This document shows positions 17,701 to 27,947 of a stretch of DNA of 64,000 bases, piece by piece; the first letter of the stretch is position 1; every line of letters begins with the position of its first letter. This DNA comes from Naegleria gruberi (lineage: Eukaryota): NCBI GenBank assembly GCA_000004985.1, contig GG738854.1. The stretch is one strand, 5' to 3'. The notes below the pieces were generated by a model. That model was given only the letters and a program-made list of their open reading frames with translations, did no database searches and was not told where the DNA came from. The position numbers and the translations under genes are program-made.

Positions 17701-20700
17701 GTTTTGCCTATTGGAAAATGACCAATTCAAGTGGTTTATTAGATGTTACATGTAAAAGTGAACAAGATTCTTCATCCTCTTCATCATCTGATAAACAATC
17801 GGCTGTTGAAATTTCAGTCTACAAGGTAACAAAGAAATTCAAGGGAGGTGATTTTGCAGGTATTTTTGATTTCCATAAAAATCCAGAAGAAAGAGAAACT
17901 CATAGAACAAAGGGTCAAAAATTGAACATTTCATTCAATGTAGTTTCAACAAGAATTACACAAAATCCTGAAATGAAAAATTTACTTGATTGGAAATTAC
18001 AAAGAAGTGTTTCAGATGTTGTTAATCAATTTACATTCAATATGGGTGATGTTATGGGTATTGCTATTTTTATTAGAGAAATATTTGGTGCATTGTTTGA
18101 TATTTTGAGTGCTAATGAAGATCAAGCAGGTGTACCTGAAAAGATATTTGAAGTTACCTATAAGGCTATTAACAATATTTTATCACAAAAACAATTTTGG
18201 CCATTCTTGAGAGTTATTGATGAATATATTACAAATTATTTCCAATCTGTCAATGCATACAAATGGTTATTGAAATTTTTAATTAGAGATTTAGCTAAAA
18301 TTCAAGCCATTAAATCAGAAGATGAATTATTAAGAGAAGATCCATATGATAAGATTATGCCATTCGAATTGGAAAATCAACAATTTGATGATTTTAATGA
18401 TAATACTACTAATAATACTACTGGTAATACTGGTAATAATACTAATAATAATAATACTACTGGTAATACTACTACCACTGGTAATACACCACCTCCAGTT
18501 CCACCTAGAAAAGTTGACGATTCTCAACAACAACAACAACAACAATTAGTACCATCAGCATCACTTGCTAAAATTGTACCAGTTCTTTCACAATCTATCA
18601 AGTGTATTGATTATTGGGCCAAATTTATTGTAAAATCTAGAGAAAATTATACAGAAAGATTTGGTTTAAATGATAAGGATGAAAGTGAATTTGAAAAACA
18701 AGTTTCAGTTTTAATGAAACAAATTACAATTCTCCTTCAACATCCACAAAAAGAAATGTTAGGTGTTAAGGCTAATTGTTTAAAATTCCTGAGTTCATCC
18801 TTCTTTGATGAAATGAATAGAGTATTCAAGGATGATAAGAAACTTGGTAGAGCAGTTGTTGATTTCATTCTAGCAATGAATAATTGTTCAGCTGCTGTTG
18901 ATACAGGCAAAACTGATACAAAGAAAACAAAGGAACAAAAATCCTATTCAAACAGAATACTTGCAATGAGTTGTGTTTTAAAGTCAAATGTTTTCAAGAG
19001 AGATGGATGTAGAAAAGTTTTACTTCCATTCATTATTGATGTTATCAGAGATGGTATTATTGAAAATAATGGTGGTGATATTGAATCAGGTGTAATTTTA
19101 TTGAATGATTTACTTCATGCCACTCAAAAATTAATGGTACAATCAAATAGAAAACAATCACTTTTATATCAATCATTACATACCAATAATTCAAATAATT
19201 CAAATAATTCAAATAATAATAATAATAATAGTGGTGGTAATAATAATAATGGAATTGGTAATACAAAGAATAATTCACAATTATTAGCTAGTTTCTCTGA
19301 GAATACCAATTCACAAGATTATTCATTCCAAAAGAAGAGAAGACAACACTTTACATGGATTTCACAACAAGAACCACAAGAAGGTGAAAATTATTCAGAT
19401 GGACTTGTTAAAACTATTTATGAAATATTCCAATTATTCCAAACTGTTAAAGATCGTTATGAATCATTAACATCAGATGTTCAATCACTTCGTAAAGATA
19501 TTGATGATAAGAGAAGATTATTAGCTGAAACTCAAAATGAAGTTGATCAATCAAAACAAAATTTGAGAAGAGGTGGTAATAATGCAACATCTAATAATTC
19601 ATCTTCTGCTGGTAATTCATCAGGAGGAGTTACAACACAACGTGCTACCAATATTAATCAAGCCAATACTCAGAAGGAAATTGATGAAAATGAAAAGAAA
19701 CTTCTCCCATTAGAAAATATCAGAAGAGAATTAATGTGTTCCATTATTAGTTTTGTTAAAATGTACAGTGGTAGTTCAATTTTATTATTATCACATTTAA
19801 TTAATGATGAAAAGGTAGCAACAGGTTTAGCACAACAATCATTGAGAAATTTAATGTATTTACATGAATTGATTACTTCTAAAACTAATAGTATACCTAG
19901 AGAATGGATTGGATTTAGATCATTCCAATTAAATACTTTATTTAGAAGTTTAATTTCAATTTCAAATGTAATGATTCATCATTTCACTATTGAAAAGGAT
20001 AGTTTAACAAGTATTGTACAATCTAATTTTATTGATAATGTAGATTTTATTAATAGTAATACTAATAGTAATACTAATATTTCTACTAATAATTCTAACA
20101 ATAATAGTAATACATCCAATAATGGTAATAATAATAATAATAATACATCTAATAATAATAATAATAATAATAATAATATAATTGGTGGTGGAGAAGAACA
20201 AACACCAATTGAATATAAAGAATTATGGGATATGTTATTTAAACATTTCTTTGGATTTATAAATTATATGGATTTGGAGAATAATAGGGCCTTTGAAAGA
20301 GTGATCATGTTATCTAAACATGAAGATTATCGTTACATGTTATTAAAACACATTTATGATAATATTTATAATCATTCCAATATGAGAAAAGATATTAAAT
20401 TAATATTTGTACCTAAATTAGTACATCAAATTATGACATTATTTAATATTGATAATAGATTATTACATGGACCTGCTATTAAATTATATTATGCTCTATT
20501 AGAAACTGAATTTGAAAATCATAAGAGATTGGCACAATGTGAAGCTGTTACACAAAGTAGATTGGTTCGATCTAAAATTGGTCGTTTATTTAAACAATCA
20601 TTTACAGATTGTTTAAAATCAATGTTTGAAAAGGACATTAATAATACCAATAATAATACAAATACAAATAATACCAATACTACAAATAATAATACTACAA

Positions 20701-22193
20701 ATACAAATACAAATCAACAACAACAACTTGGTAAAGAAGGATTATTATTATTAAATAGATTGGAAACATTAATTTCTCAAGTTGAACAAATTCAAACCTT
20801 TGAAGATAAGGATGAACATAAATTCTGTGAAGCATGTATTGATGTGATGAGATCATTTAAAATTAATCACAATTATGATTTATATTATCAATATGTTGAT
20901 AAATTATCAGCCGTACATGAAAGATATGGTAATTATATTGAAGCAGCCTTAGTATTATATAAACATGCTAAGAGATTACAATGGAATGATGAAAGAAAAT
21001 TACCCTATCATTCAGATGAATATCCAGAACAATCTGAAGCTGATAGAAAGATTAAACTCTATGAAAAGATGATTGATTTATTTGATAAAGGTAAAGATTG
21101 GGAGAGAGCAATTGAACTTTCAAGACAATTAAGAAATTACTATTTACACAATTACAAATATGCCAAAACACAAAATTTGTTAAAGAGAGAGGGTGAATTT
21201 TATAATTTAATCATGACAAAGAGAAGATTCTTTGCCTCCTATTATTATGTTAATTTTATGGGAAGAGGATTTTTAAAGATGGGTCTACAGGGACCATACA
21301 TTTATAAATCGGTGGAAGGTGAAAATTTTATGGATTTTTTAAATGGCTTAAAAGATAAATATCAAGCACAATTATTTCAAAAGACACCAACCGATCCAGA
21401 ACAATACAGAGAACAAGAAGGTAGATTCTTTGTTGCCTATCACGTTGATCAAAGTTCAGAATTTGAATGGGAAAATATATTCCAACATCGTGATAAGAGA
21501 ATTTCACCTAAAATTCTATGTTATAGAAAATTACATAATATTAATCATTTTAAATCTGAATCACGTTATAGAGAATCAAAAGAAAAAACCAATAATGAAT
21601 ATAAGGATATGCATAGAGAAATTACATTCTTTATCACTCCAAAGAAATTCCCAACCATTTGTAGACGTCAGAGAATTTTATGTGGTGATTCATTGAAAAT
21701 CTATCAAGATAAATTATCATTGAATGAGAAATTGAAATATAGAGACTATTCACAATGTATTGATTTATCAAATATTAGTTATATTGCCAATGATAAATTA
21801 TTACATTTATGTCCATTAGAGAATGCTACTAAAGATATTGAAGATAAAGTTAATGAATTGGAAGAATTGGTTATTAATCACCATTTAGATCAACAACCAG
21901 ATACTAATGCATTATCAATGTCATTGAATGGTACTATTGATGCAGCTGTTAATGGTGGTCAGGAGAAGTATATTTCTGCATTCTTCACAGAACAATATGT
22001 TTCAACACATCCAGAACATGATTTATTATTGAAGAGATTTAAAATTGCTCTACAAAATCAAATTTTCATTTTAGAAGAAGGTTTGAGACAGAGAAGATTA
22101 TTTGTTGAAGGTAAAGCTGTTGCATTGAATGAATATTTAGAAACACGTTTACAAGAAATGAAAAAGAAATTAGAAGAATTATTATTTAAATAA
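14763..22193 (+). CDS. DOCK180-family Rac/Cdc42 guanine-nucleotide exchange factor with SH3, DHR-1 and DHR-2. It has 2 exons, join(14763..14799,15007..22193)
   Basis: Exon 1 (ATG at 14763) encodes MSQWVSVNKYGI and ends at a GTATGT donor at 14800. Exon 2 is entered at the ag|TT acceptor at 15005/15007 and gives VVDSFNSKQYQQHQHLLDLNVGDLVYIKAERDGWCKGSVFRNRYILKY. Together these reproduce the DOCK180 N-terminal SH3 (MTRWVP...KYGVAFYNY...GDTVHILE..EGWYRGY...). The C-terminal region YKHAKRLQWNDE...LYEKMIDLFDKGKDWERAIELSRQLRNYY...RRFFASYYYVNFMGRGF...PYIYKS matches the DHR-2 catalytic domain pattern. RPFGVAIADI and its surroundings fit DHR-1. The ORF-track start at 15078 is a GTG inside exon 2. Confidence 0.85.
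15526..15600 (+). repeat. Coding microsatellite of GGT/ATT-rich triplets that encodes a Gly/Ile repeat in the DOCK N-terminal region
   Basis: ggtggtattggtagtggtattggtggtggtggtattggtattggaggtggtattggaggtggtggtggt translates to GGIGSGIGGGGIGIGGGIGGGGG. Confidence 0.7.
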
Positions 22194-22418
22194 ATATATA
22201 AAAAATTACAATTGTATTATATATTAATATTTAATTTTTAAATTCACTATTTCATTCATATTAATAATATTACCAGTTCCAAGATTAGATCTTCATGTAA
22301 TGCATGTGCTCGAATTGTTCAAACTGTGAAACTTCATATACTATGACATCTCCCATTTCTAGATGTTATCAGTTCTAAAAACCATGATTGCATTTTCTAA
22401 CGAATTCGTTCACACTAT

Positions 22419-22679
22419 TCAAATATTATGGCAGTAAATCCTGAGAAAGTACATCATTATTCTAAAACATGAAGAAACAATTAAAATATCATAATAAGTA
22501 TTAATTATTGCACATATCAAAACAATAATCAAACTTATTTCAATAATATAAGAAATGATATCTTGTCTAATATGAAATGGATCTTCAAATGAACTGAAGA
22601 AATTTCCACTCTTCCTAATTGTTTTCCAATTCATTATAAAATCAAATGATATAACTAAAAGTCCTATTTGTATGACCAT
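22419..22679 (-). CDS. Small hydrophobic protein of 86 aa with two predicted transmembrane helices. It may be a separate small gene or the terminal exon of the upstream membrane gene
   Basis: The ORF starts at an ATG (aagtataATGgtc) and encodes MVIQIGLLVISFDFIMNW...IISYIIEISLIIVLICAIINTYYDILIV.... Its helices and orientation match the neighbouring hydrophobic ORFs. Whether it belongs to the same transcript was not resolved. Confidence 0.3.
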   Translation of the reverse strand: MVIQIGLLVISFDFIMNWKTIRKSGNFFSSFEDPFHIRQDIISYIIEISLIIVLICAIINTYYDILIVSSCFRIMMYFLRIYCHNI

Positions 22680-22878
22680 TATACTTAAAAAGAGATAGAT
22701 GGCTTGATTTGAATAAAATCTTTGAATATCTCAAATAAGGTATTAAAATACATAACCAAATGAATGAATAATGAATGATAATAATTGACAAGTTATTAAT
22801 CTAAACTTGTCAGAAGTTTGAATTTTATGAATTTTAATTTGATTTTCTGGTATTCTCTGTAAAATAAAATAAATATAT

Positions 22879-23657
22879 TTAATATAATATAATAGTAGTA
22901 AATGCAATAGTAAAAGTTGAATAAGAACAAATAAAAATCATTAAAATCATTCTTAAAAAGGAAATGAAATCAGCAATAATAGGTGAAAATAATAGACCAC
23001 ATATAATGATTAAAATAGGAATAATATATGGAGTTGATAATCTTCTTTTAATTGATTTAGTTTTAAATACTGTTATTAATGATATATAATTTAAAATACC
23101 AATGATCATTACAATATAATTAAATATTTGTGAGAATGCTAATAATTCTGAATTATATTCACATCTATAATAGGTTGTAGCAAGTGATGAATAACAAAAT
23201 ACTTGTTTTAATTCAATTAATTCTTCATTAAAAATATAAAATTTATATGAAATATTTCTAATCATGTCTAAATTTGTAATTTCATTTCCATATCCATCTG
23301 ATAAATAGTAATTTAAAATTTAGTTTCTATATCATTGTATGTTAATGTAACATTATATATTAACCTTGCATAATTATAGAAATACTTAACATTAGTATTA
23401 TTATTATTAATAATATTGTAATCAGTTTGTGAATAAATAATTATTAAAAAATCATCCTTATTTATATTTGAAAATTTGAATGGTTTATCTTTAAATGTTC
23501 TAATAAAAGTAGGTACAATAAATTCCTTCAATATATTTAAATCAGACCATTTAAATGTTCTCATAATACTCAATTTCCATAGAATAATTTGTATTTCTGA
23601 ACTGTCACATCCAAAAAAATCAAATCTATCCACTAAATCACTTAAATCACTGCCCAA
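22879..23657 (-). CDS. Putative multi-pass membrane protein. Exon structure is unresolved, with ORF segments 23657..23313 and 23265..22879
   Basis: Segment B carries at least three hydrophobic helices (IFNYIVMIIGILNYISLITVF, YIIPILIIICGLLFSPIIADFISFL, MILMIFICSYSTFTIAFTTIILY). Segment A is a 114-aa hydrophilic N-terminal region whose listed start is TTG. One possible A-to-B splice, AAG|GTTAAT...gattag|AAAT, restores the frame but uses a weak donor. An upstream ATG cluster at 23746..23735 is out of frame by one base across an A6/T6 run at 23656..23661. Confidence 0.3.
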
Positions 23658-24212
23658 AAAACATCATGAGCTATATAATCTATTTTAGTTTTAATCGGTT
23701 TTATCATATTTAATGATTGATTTTCATTATTATTCATCATCATCATTTCAAGAACAATTTGAAACACATTTTAATCAATTATGTTGAATTTCCAATAAGA
23801 AGAATTTTCTTATCATGTAAAGATTCAATTCTTGTTAGTGAGGCATTGAATGAAAATACTATTAGATATTAATAATAACAACACAACAACAATATATCCT
23901 CATGATAATAAAACACTTTGTACAGTTTTTTTAATAAATGATAGAATAGTATGATGACAGTGTCAGTTTATTATTTCAAAATGATTAAACATCTCACTTC
24001 AGAGCTACAAAACAGGAAGTAAAACTTCTAATTATCAAAAAAACATCATAATGGCTACAAGTTCTTTGCTTAGAGCATAAAGAACATCTTTTAACCAATT
24101 TCCAATTATCTCTCTTATCAAGATATAGTGAATGCTTGAGGATTTTGAAGCAATTTCAGTTGTGTACTCAACTTTAGTGCCCACAATTTATTTACATCTA
24201 TCTTGGTATTTC

Positions 24213-24235
24213 TGTGAAATAAATGTCATTTCACA
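24213..24235. promoter_or_regulatory. Perfect 8-bp inverted repeat tgtgaaat-N7-atttcaca in the 5' flank of the hydrolase gene
   Basis: tgtgaaat at 24213..24220 and atttcaca at 24228..24235 are 80-100 bp upstream of the ATG at 24317. A direct repeat ttctgt(g/at)gaaat follows at 24209..24220 and 24243..24254, and a 6-bp stem aactcc/ggagtt lies at 24262..24289. Confidence 0.3.
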
Positions 24236-24316
24236 AATAAATTCTGTATGAAATGTTATTAAACTCCTAGGTAGTTAGGACTTGGGAGTTTTTATTAAAC
24301 AAAAAGTAAAAAAAAA

Positions 24317-26250
24317 ATGTCATTACATCATCATCATGAACAACAACAACAATATGTAATGACAATAACAAGAAGGAGGAAGAAGAATACTCTCAATTTA
24401 TTTAACATATTATTACTATTATTTATTATTACTACTAATAGTATTATTAATGTTCATTCACAATCAACAACACAATCATCATCATTAAAAATTCCAACAT
24501 TTTATTCATGTCCATTATATTCATTATCTATTAATAATACTATTTATAAATCATTTAATTATTTACATCCAAATTTTAAATTAAATTATAATCTCACTGC
24601 TGAATGTACTTTATTTAATTTACCTTTAAATAATTTAAATAATTCTAATATTAATTTAAATAGTGATAATTTAAATAATTTTAATAATTTTAATGATAAT
24701 AATATAAATGATAATAATAATAATTTAAATAATGATAATAATATAAATGATAATAATATAAATATTCTAGTTAAAAGAATTAAAACACAATCTAATAATA
24801 TATTAAAAAATAATACAGTATTATGGATAATACCAGGTATATCACCAACATTTTCTATTAATTTTAAAAATATTTATAATGAAACCTATTTTTTAGATTC
24901 ACAATCACCATCAACATCTTCATTAATATATTATGAACCATTAATAGATAGATTATTAAATTTAATAAATGAAAATTCATTACCAATTGAATATATATAT
25001 ATATTAAATCATAGAGGAAATGGAAATTCAAGATTAGGATGTGAAAATATTCAATCTGAAAGTAAAGGTTCAATTACATCAAGTATTATTGATATTAATT
25101 ATGAATTAAAATATTGTAAATTTAAAAATAATTTTAATTCTATTAATGCTGCTATTGATTTAATTAATATTTTAAATATTTTAAATAATAATAATTATAT
25201 ATATGGTAATTCATATGGTACTTTATGGATAAATAAAATGTTAAAATATATTGAAATTAATAATTTAAATAATTTAAATATAAAAGGTATTATTTTAGAT
25301 GGAATAATGTCAAATAATTTTACATTTGATAAAACTATTAAAATTCAATCAAATATAATTAAAAAATATTTAAATTATTGTAATAATTCAACTTTATGTT
25401 ATAATAAATTAAATAATTATTTAATAAATAATGAAAATATATTAAATAATTTAGATAATATTATTAAATCTATTTATAGAGATGGTGATAAATGTCCAAA
25501 TATAGTAAAAATAATAGATAATGAAGAATATTTTAGACAATTATTAACAAGATTATTAAATAATCAATATGAAAGAGTATTTATACCTGCAATATTATAT
25601 AGATTAAATAGATGTGATTATGATTTAGATTTACCTACTTTGGAAAGAATATTTAAATTTTTATTAAATAGAAGAAATGAAAATTTAAATAATTTTATTA
25701 ATTATCCAATTTCACAATCTCCTATTTTGGGTTATCAAATTATTTATAATGAATTATGGAATCATTCAATTACTGAAAATGATTTATTACAACAATATAA
25801 TCAATCTATTTTATCTACAAATGATCCAATTAATTATTTTAATGCTTTTAAAAATTTAAATAATAATTTAAATAATAATAATTGGAATTTTAATAATTTT
25901 AATAATAATTTTAATAATAATTTTAATAATTTAAATAATTTTAATAATAATGATAATAATATTAAAACAAACATTCCAATTTTAATTTTAAATGGAGAAT
26001 TAGATTCAATTACACCAATTGAAAATGCTATTGAATTATATAATTCCTTAAAAGGAAATTCTATTAAATTAATTAAAATACCATATGCAACACATTTTAG
26101 TTTAATTAATACACCAATTATAAATTCAACAATGGATTGTGGATTAGAATTATTTAATAATTTTATATTAAATAATGGTAATTTAACAAATATGGAATGT
26201 TTAGATAAATTAAGTTTTAATTTTACAGGATCAGATTATATTAATTTAGA
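24317..26250 (+). CDS. Secreted S33-family alpha/beta-hydrolase, proline-iminopeptidase or tripeptidyl-aminopeptidase-like. It is extremely Asn-rich and 3'-truncated by the 50-N gap
   Basis: A hydrophobic signal or anchor segment follows the ATG (NLFNILLLLFIITTNSIINVHS). S33 landmarks are present. LWIIPGISP aligns with the HGGPG motif, LNHRGNGNS with the DQRGxGRS motif, and YIYGNSYGTLW is the GxSxG nucleophile. ILILNGELDSITP supplies the catalytic Asp region and PYATHF the catalytic His. The ORF runs into the N run at 26251. Confidence 0.7.
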
Positions 26251-26300
26251 NNNNNNNNNNNNNNNNNNNNNNNNNNNNNNNNNNNNNNNNNNNNNNNNNN
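26251..26300. other. Assembly gap of 50 N, conventionally a gap of unknown size
   Basis: There are exactly 50 N. The gap interrupts the 3' end of the hydrolase CDS on the plus strand and the 3' end of a minus-strand coiled-coil gene. Confidence 0.99.
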
Positions 26301-26797
26301 GGCTTTTTGAAAACTTTCAACAGAATCAAATTTGACATTCTTTAGTTCAATATCATCATGGAGTTCTTCACCCATCATTAAGGTGTGTTTTGCTTGCACT
26401 AATTTACTGGAATCCATGAAATGTTTAATATCATTCTCTCTTTGCTTTCTCATTTGAAGCGGCATTTGAATTTCTTTCCATAATAAAGTTTTTTGTAAAG
26501 CTTGTTTATGAATTGTTATTAATTCATTCATTTCATCTTCCATCTTTGAGATTGACTTTCTAATATCATTATTTAAACGAGCATTGCTAATTTGTCGTTC
26601 CTTTGTTTCTAATAAAGATTCGACTTTATCAATGGCAAGTTTAACATTAACTATTCAAGGTGTAAATGAAACTATAAATGTTATTATTTACCTTTTTGTT
26701 GTTCAAACTTGTCCAACTTTTTTAGTTTCTGTTGAAATTCTTTTTGTGTGTCTAATTGAGCACTTTCGACAACTTGTCCACAATCTATTCTAGGGAA
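26301..26797 (-). CDS. Coiled-coil protein gene fragment. The 3' end is lost in the 50-N gap. At least 2 exons, join(26301..26626,26670..26790 approximately)
   Basis: A minus-strand exon encodes ...DCGQVVESAQLDTQKEFQQKLKKLDKFEQQK. A GTAAAT donor and an ...gaatag acceptor define a 43-nt phase-1 intron. The next exon reads VNVKLAIDKVESLLETKERQISNARLNNDIRKSISKMEDEMNELITIHKQALQKTLLWKEIQMPLQMRKQRENDIKHFMDSSKLVQAKHTLMMGEELHDDIELKNVKFDSVESFQKA and then runs into the N run. The heptad-like charge pattern is typical of a coiled coil. The upstream exon boundary and the start codon were not found. Confidence 0.4.
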
Positions 26798-26843
26798 GAA
26801 GGATAAATTACAGCACGCAGGGGGAGAGGGGGTCTTGGCCAAA
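26791..26843 (+). repeat. Short repeat pair A1+B1, whose partners lie at 27299..27352
   Basis: A1 is tagggaagaaggataaattacag (26791..26813) and B1 is ggggagagggggtcttggccaaa (26821..26843). Confidence 0.5.
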
Positions 26844-27298
26844 TTATTAAAATAAAAATTAAAAAATTAAAAAATAATAAATAAAATAGAATGATTTCAT
26901 TTGCAAAAACCGCTACAAGATGACCGTTAAATATTCAACAAAAAAAAAACAACAATTACTCATCATGATTTCATCACCACCCTGCTAAATAACAACCTTC
27001 ATCACGCTACCTTGATACCACCGGAGGAGAAGTTCTTTTGCTTCCTTCCACATCATAGCCAACATTCAACATCTGTCATTTACTTGAAGTTGTTGGTACA
27101 TTGAAGTGAGGGTTCAGAACGAACACCAATCACACTTGGCCATTGTTCAGAACCCAGAAAGTGCTTGTTGCTCGAAGAACAAGTGGTAATTGATACTTTG
27201 AACGCCCTGTTTTTCTCTTGGTCTAATAAAGACTTGTATTGTTAATAAACTTCTATCTATAACAAATCATGAAAAAAAATCATACAACACCCTCAGTT

Positions 27299-27352
27299 GG
27301 TAGGAGGGGGTTCCAGACGGCCAAAAAGTGTAATTTATCCTTCTTCCCCTAA
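27299..27352 (+). repeat. Short repeat pair B2+A2. B2 is a direct copy of B1 and A2 is an inverted copy of A1
   Basis: B2 is ggtaggagggggttccagacggccaaaaa (27299..27327). A2 is gtgtaatttatccttcttcccctaa (27328..27352). The reverse complement of A2 equals A1 at 22 of 23 positions with one G indel. Confidence 0.5.
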
Positions 27353-27947
27353 TCTGATAAAGTCGACGTAGTAGATCAGCCAAACCTGGTGAAGTTTGCA
27401 TTAAATCTATTGTTTCTATAATGTTAGAATCTATGTCTGCCATGTTATTTCTTTTTTTTAATTGTTTTGGTTCACTTGAGTTTGCTTTCGAATACAAATA
27501 CTGATCTGGCCGAGTAAAAAAAAAATTGCTCCAAAGCAAAAACCTTAAAAATAGATGGTTGTCATCAACTCGAATCTTAACAACAAATTCTTATTTGCCA
27601 GCCAACTTTCTTACCTACTAAGAGTATTAAAACCAATGTTTTTGAGTTTGGGTATAAAATATTGGAAGAACCTATGGACAACTGCCAATTCTATTTCATG
27701 TTATTGTGTTAGAGGAGAGTTTTACAAATATGGTTAGATTGAAATATCCTCAAGTAACATAATTTGTGACTGTAACCTTGGATAATAAGATTCTTTTGAT
27801 AGTGGTAACCAGATCTAAAAATCTCAGAGGAAAAACAACTGAAATAAAAAATCCAACAACATGACATGGCCAACAACACAACAACAAACATGGAAACAAC
27901 AAGGCTACATTGCATGTTGTATCATTCTTGTGTTATTGTGTTCAACC

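Noticed and set aside
15436-20201. Minus-strand and alternative-frame ORFs inside the DOCK gene (15436..15702, 16193..16426, 16410..16649, 16736..17002, 18330..18549, 19057..19278, 20004..20201, 21430..21696)
   Set aside because: They are antisense or out of frame relative to the 2371-aa DOCK reading frame. Several are poly-I/poly-Y low-complexity reversals of AAT/ATT tracts.
24864-25073. 69-aa minus-strand ORF
   Set aside because: It is antisense to the hydrolase CDS.
26584-26793. 69-aa plus-strand ORF
   Set aside because: It is antisense to the spliced coiled-coil gene on the minus strand.
27267-27539. 90-aa minus-strand ORF (…MADIDSNIIETIDLMQTSPGLADLLRRLYQIRGRR…)
   Set aside because: Its start codon is not ATG. 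Its codon usage is atypical for this genome, and it overlaps the A/B repeat elements. It is treated as part of a repeat or mobile-element remnant rather than a host gene.
27555-27915. Short ORFs 27555..27737 (plus) and 27709..27915 (minus)
   Set aside because: They have no homology signal or motif. They lie in a repeat-like block at a gap edge.
1-27947. Prokaryotic feature classes (CRISPR arrays, operons, RBS, defence systems, integrons)
   Set aside because: The sequence is clearly eukaryotic, with spliceosomal introns, poly-N/Q tracts and eukaryote-only protein families such as cullins, DOCK, F-box and ankyrin. No direct-repeat/spacer arrays are present.
1561-27947. tRNA genes
   Set aside because: No GTTCGAAT-type T-loop with a matching acceptor stem was found by eye in the non-AT-rich blocks. 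A tRNAscan run would be needed to be certain.
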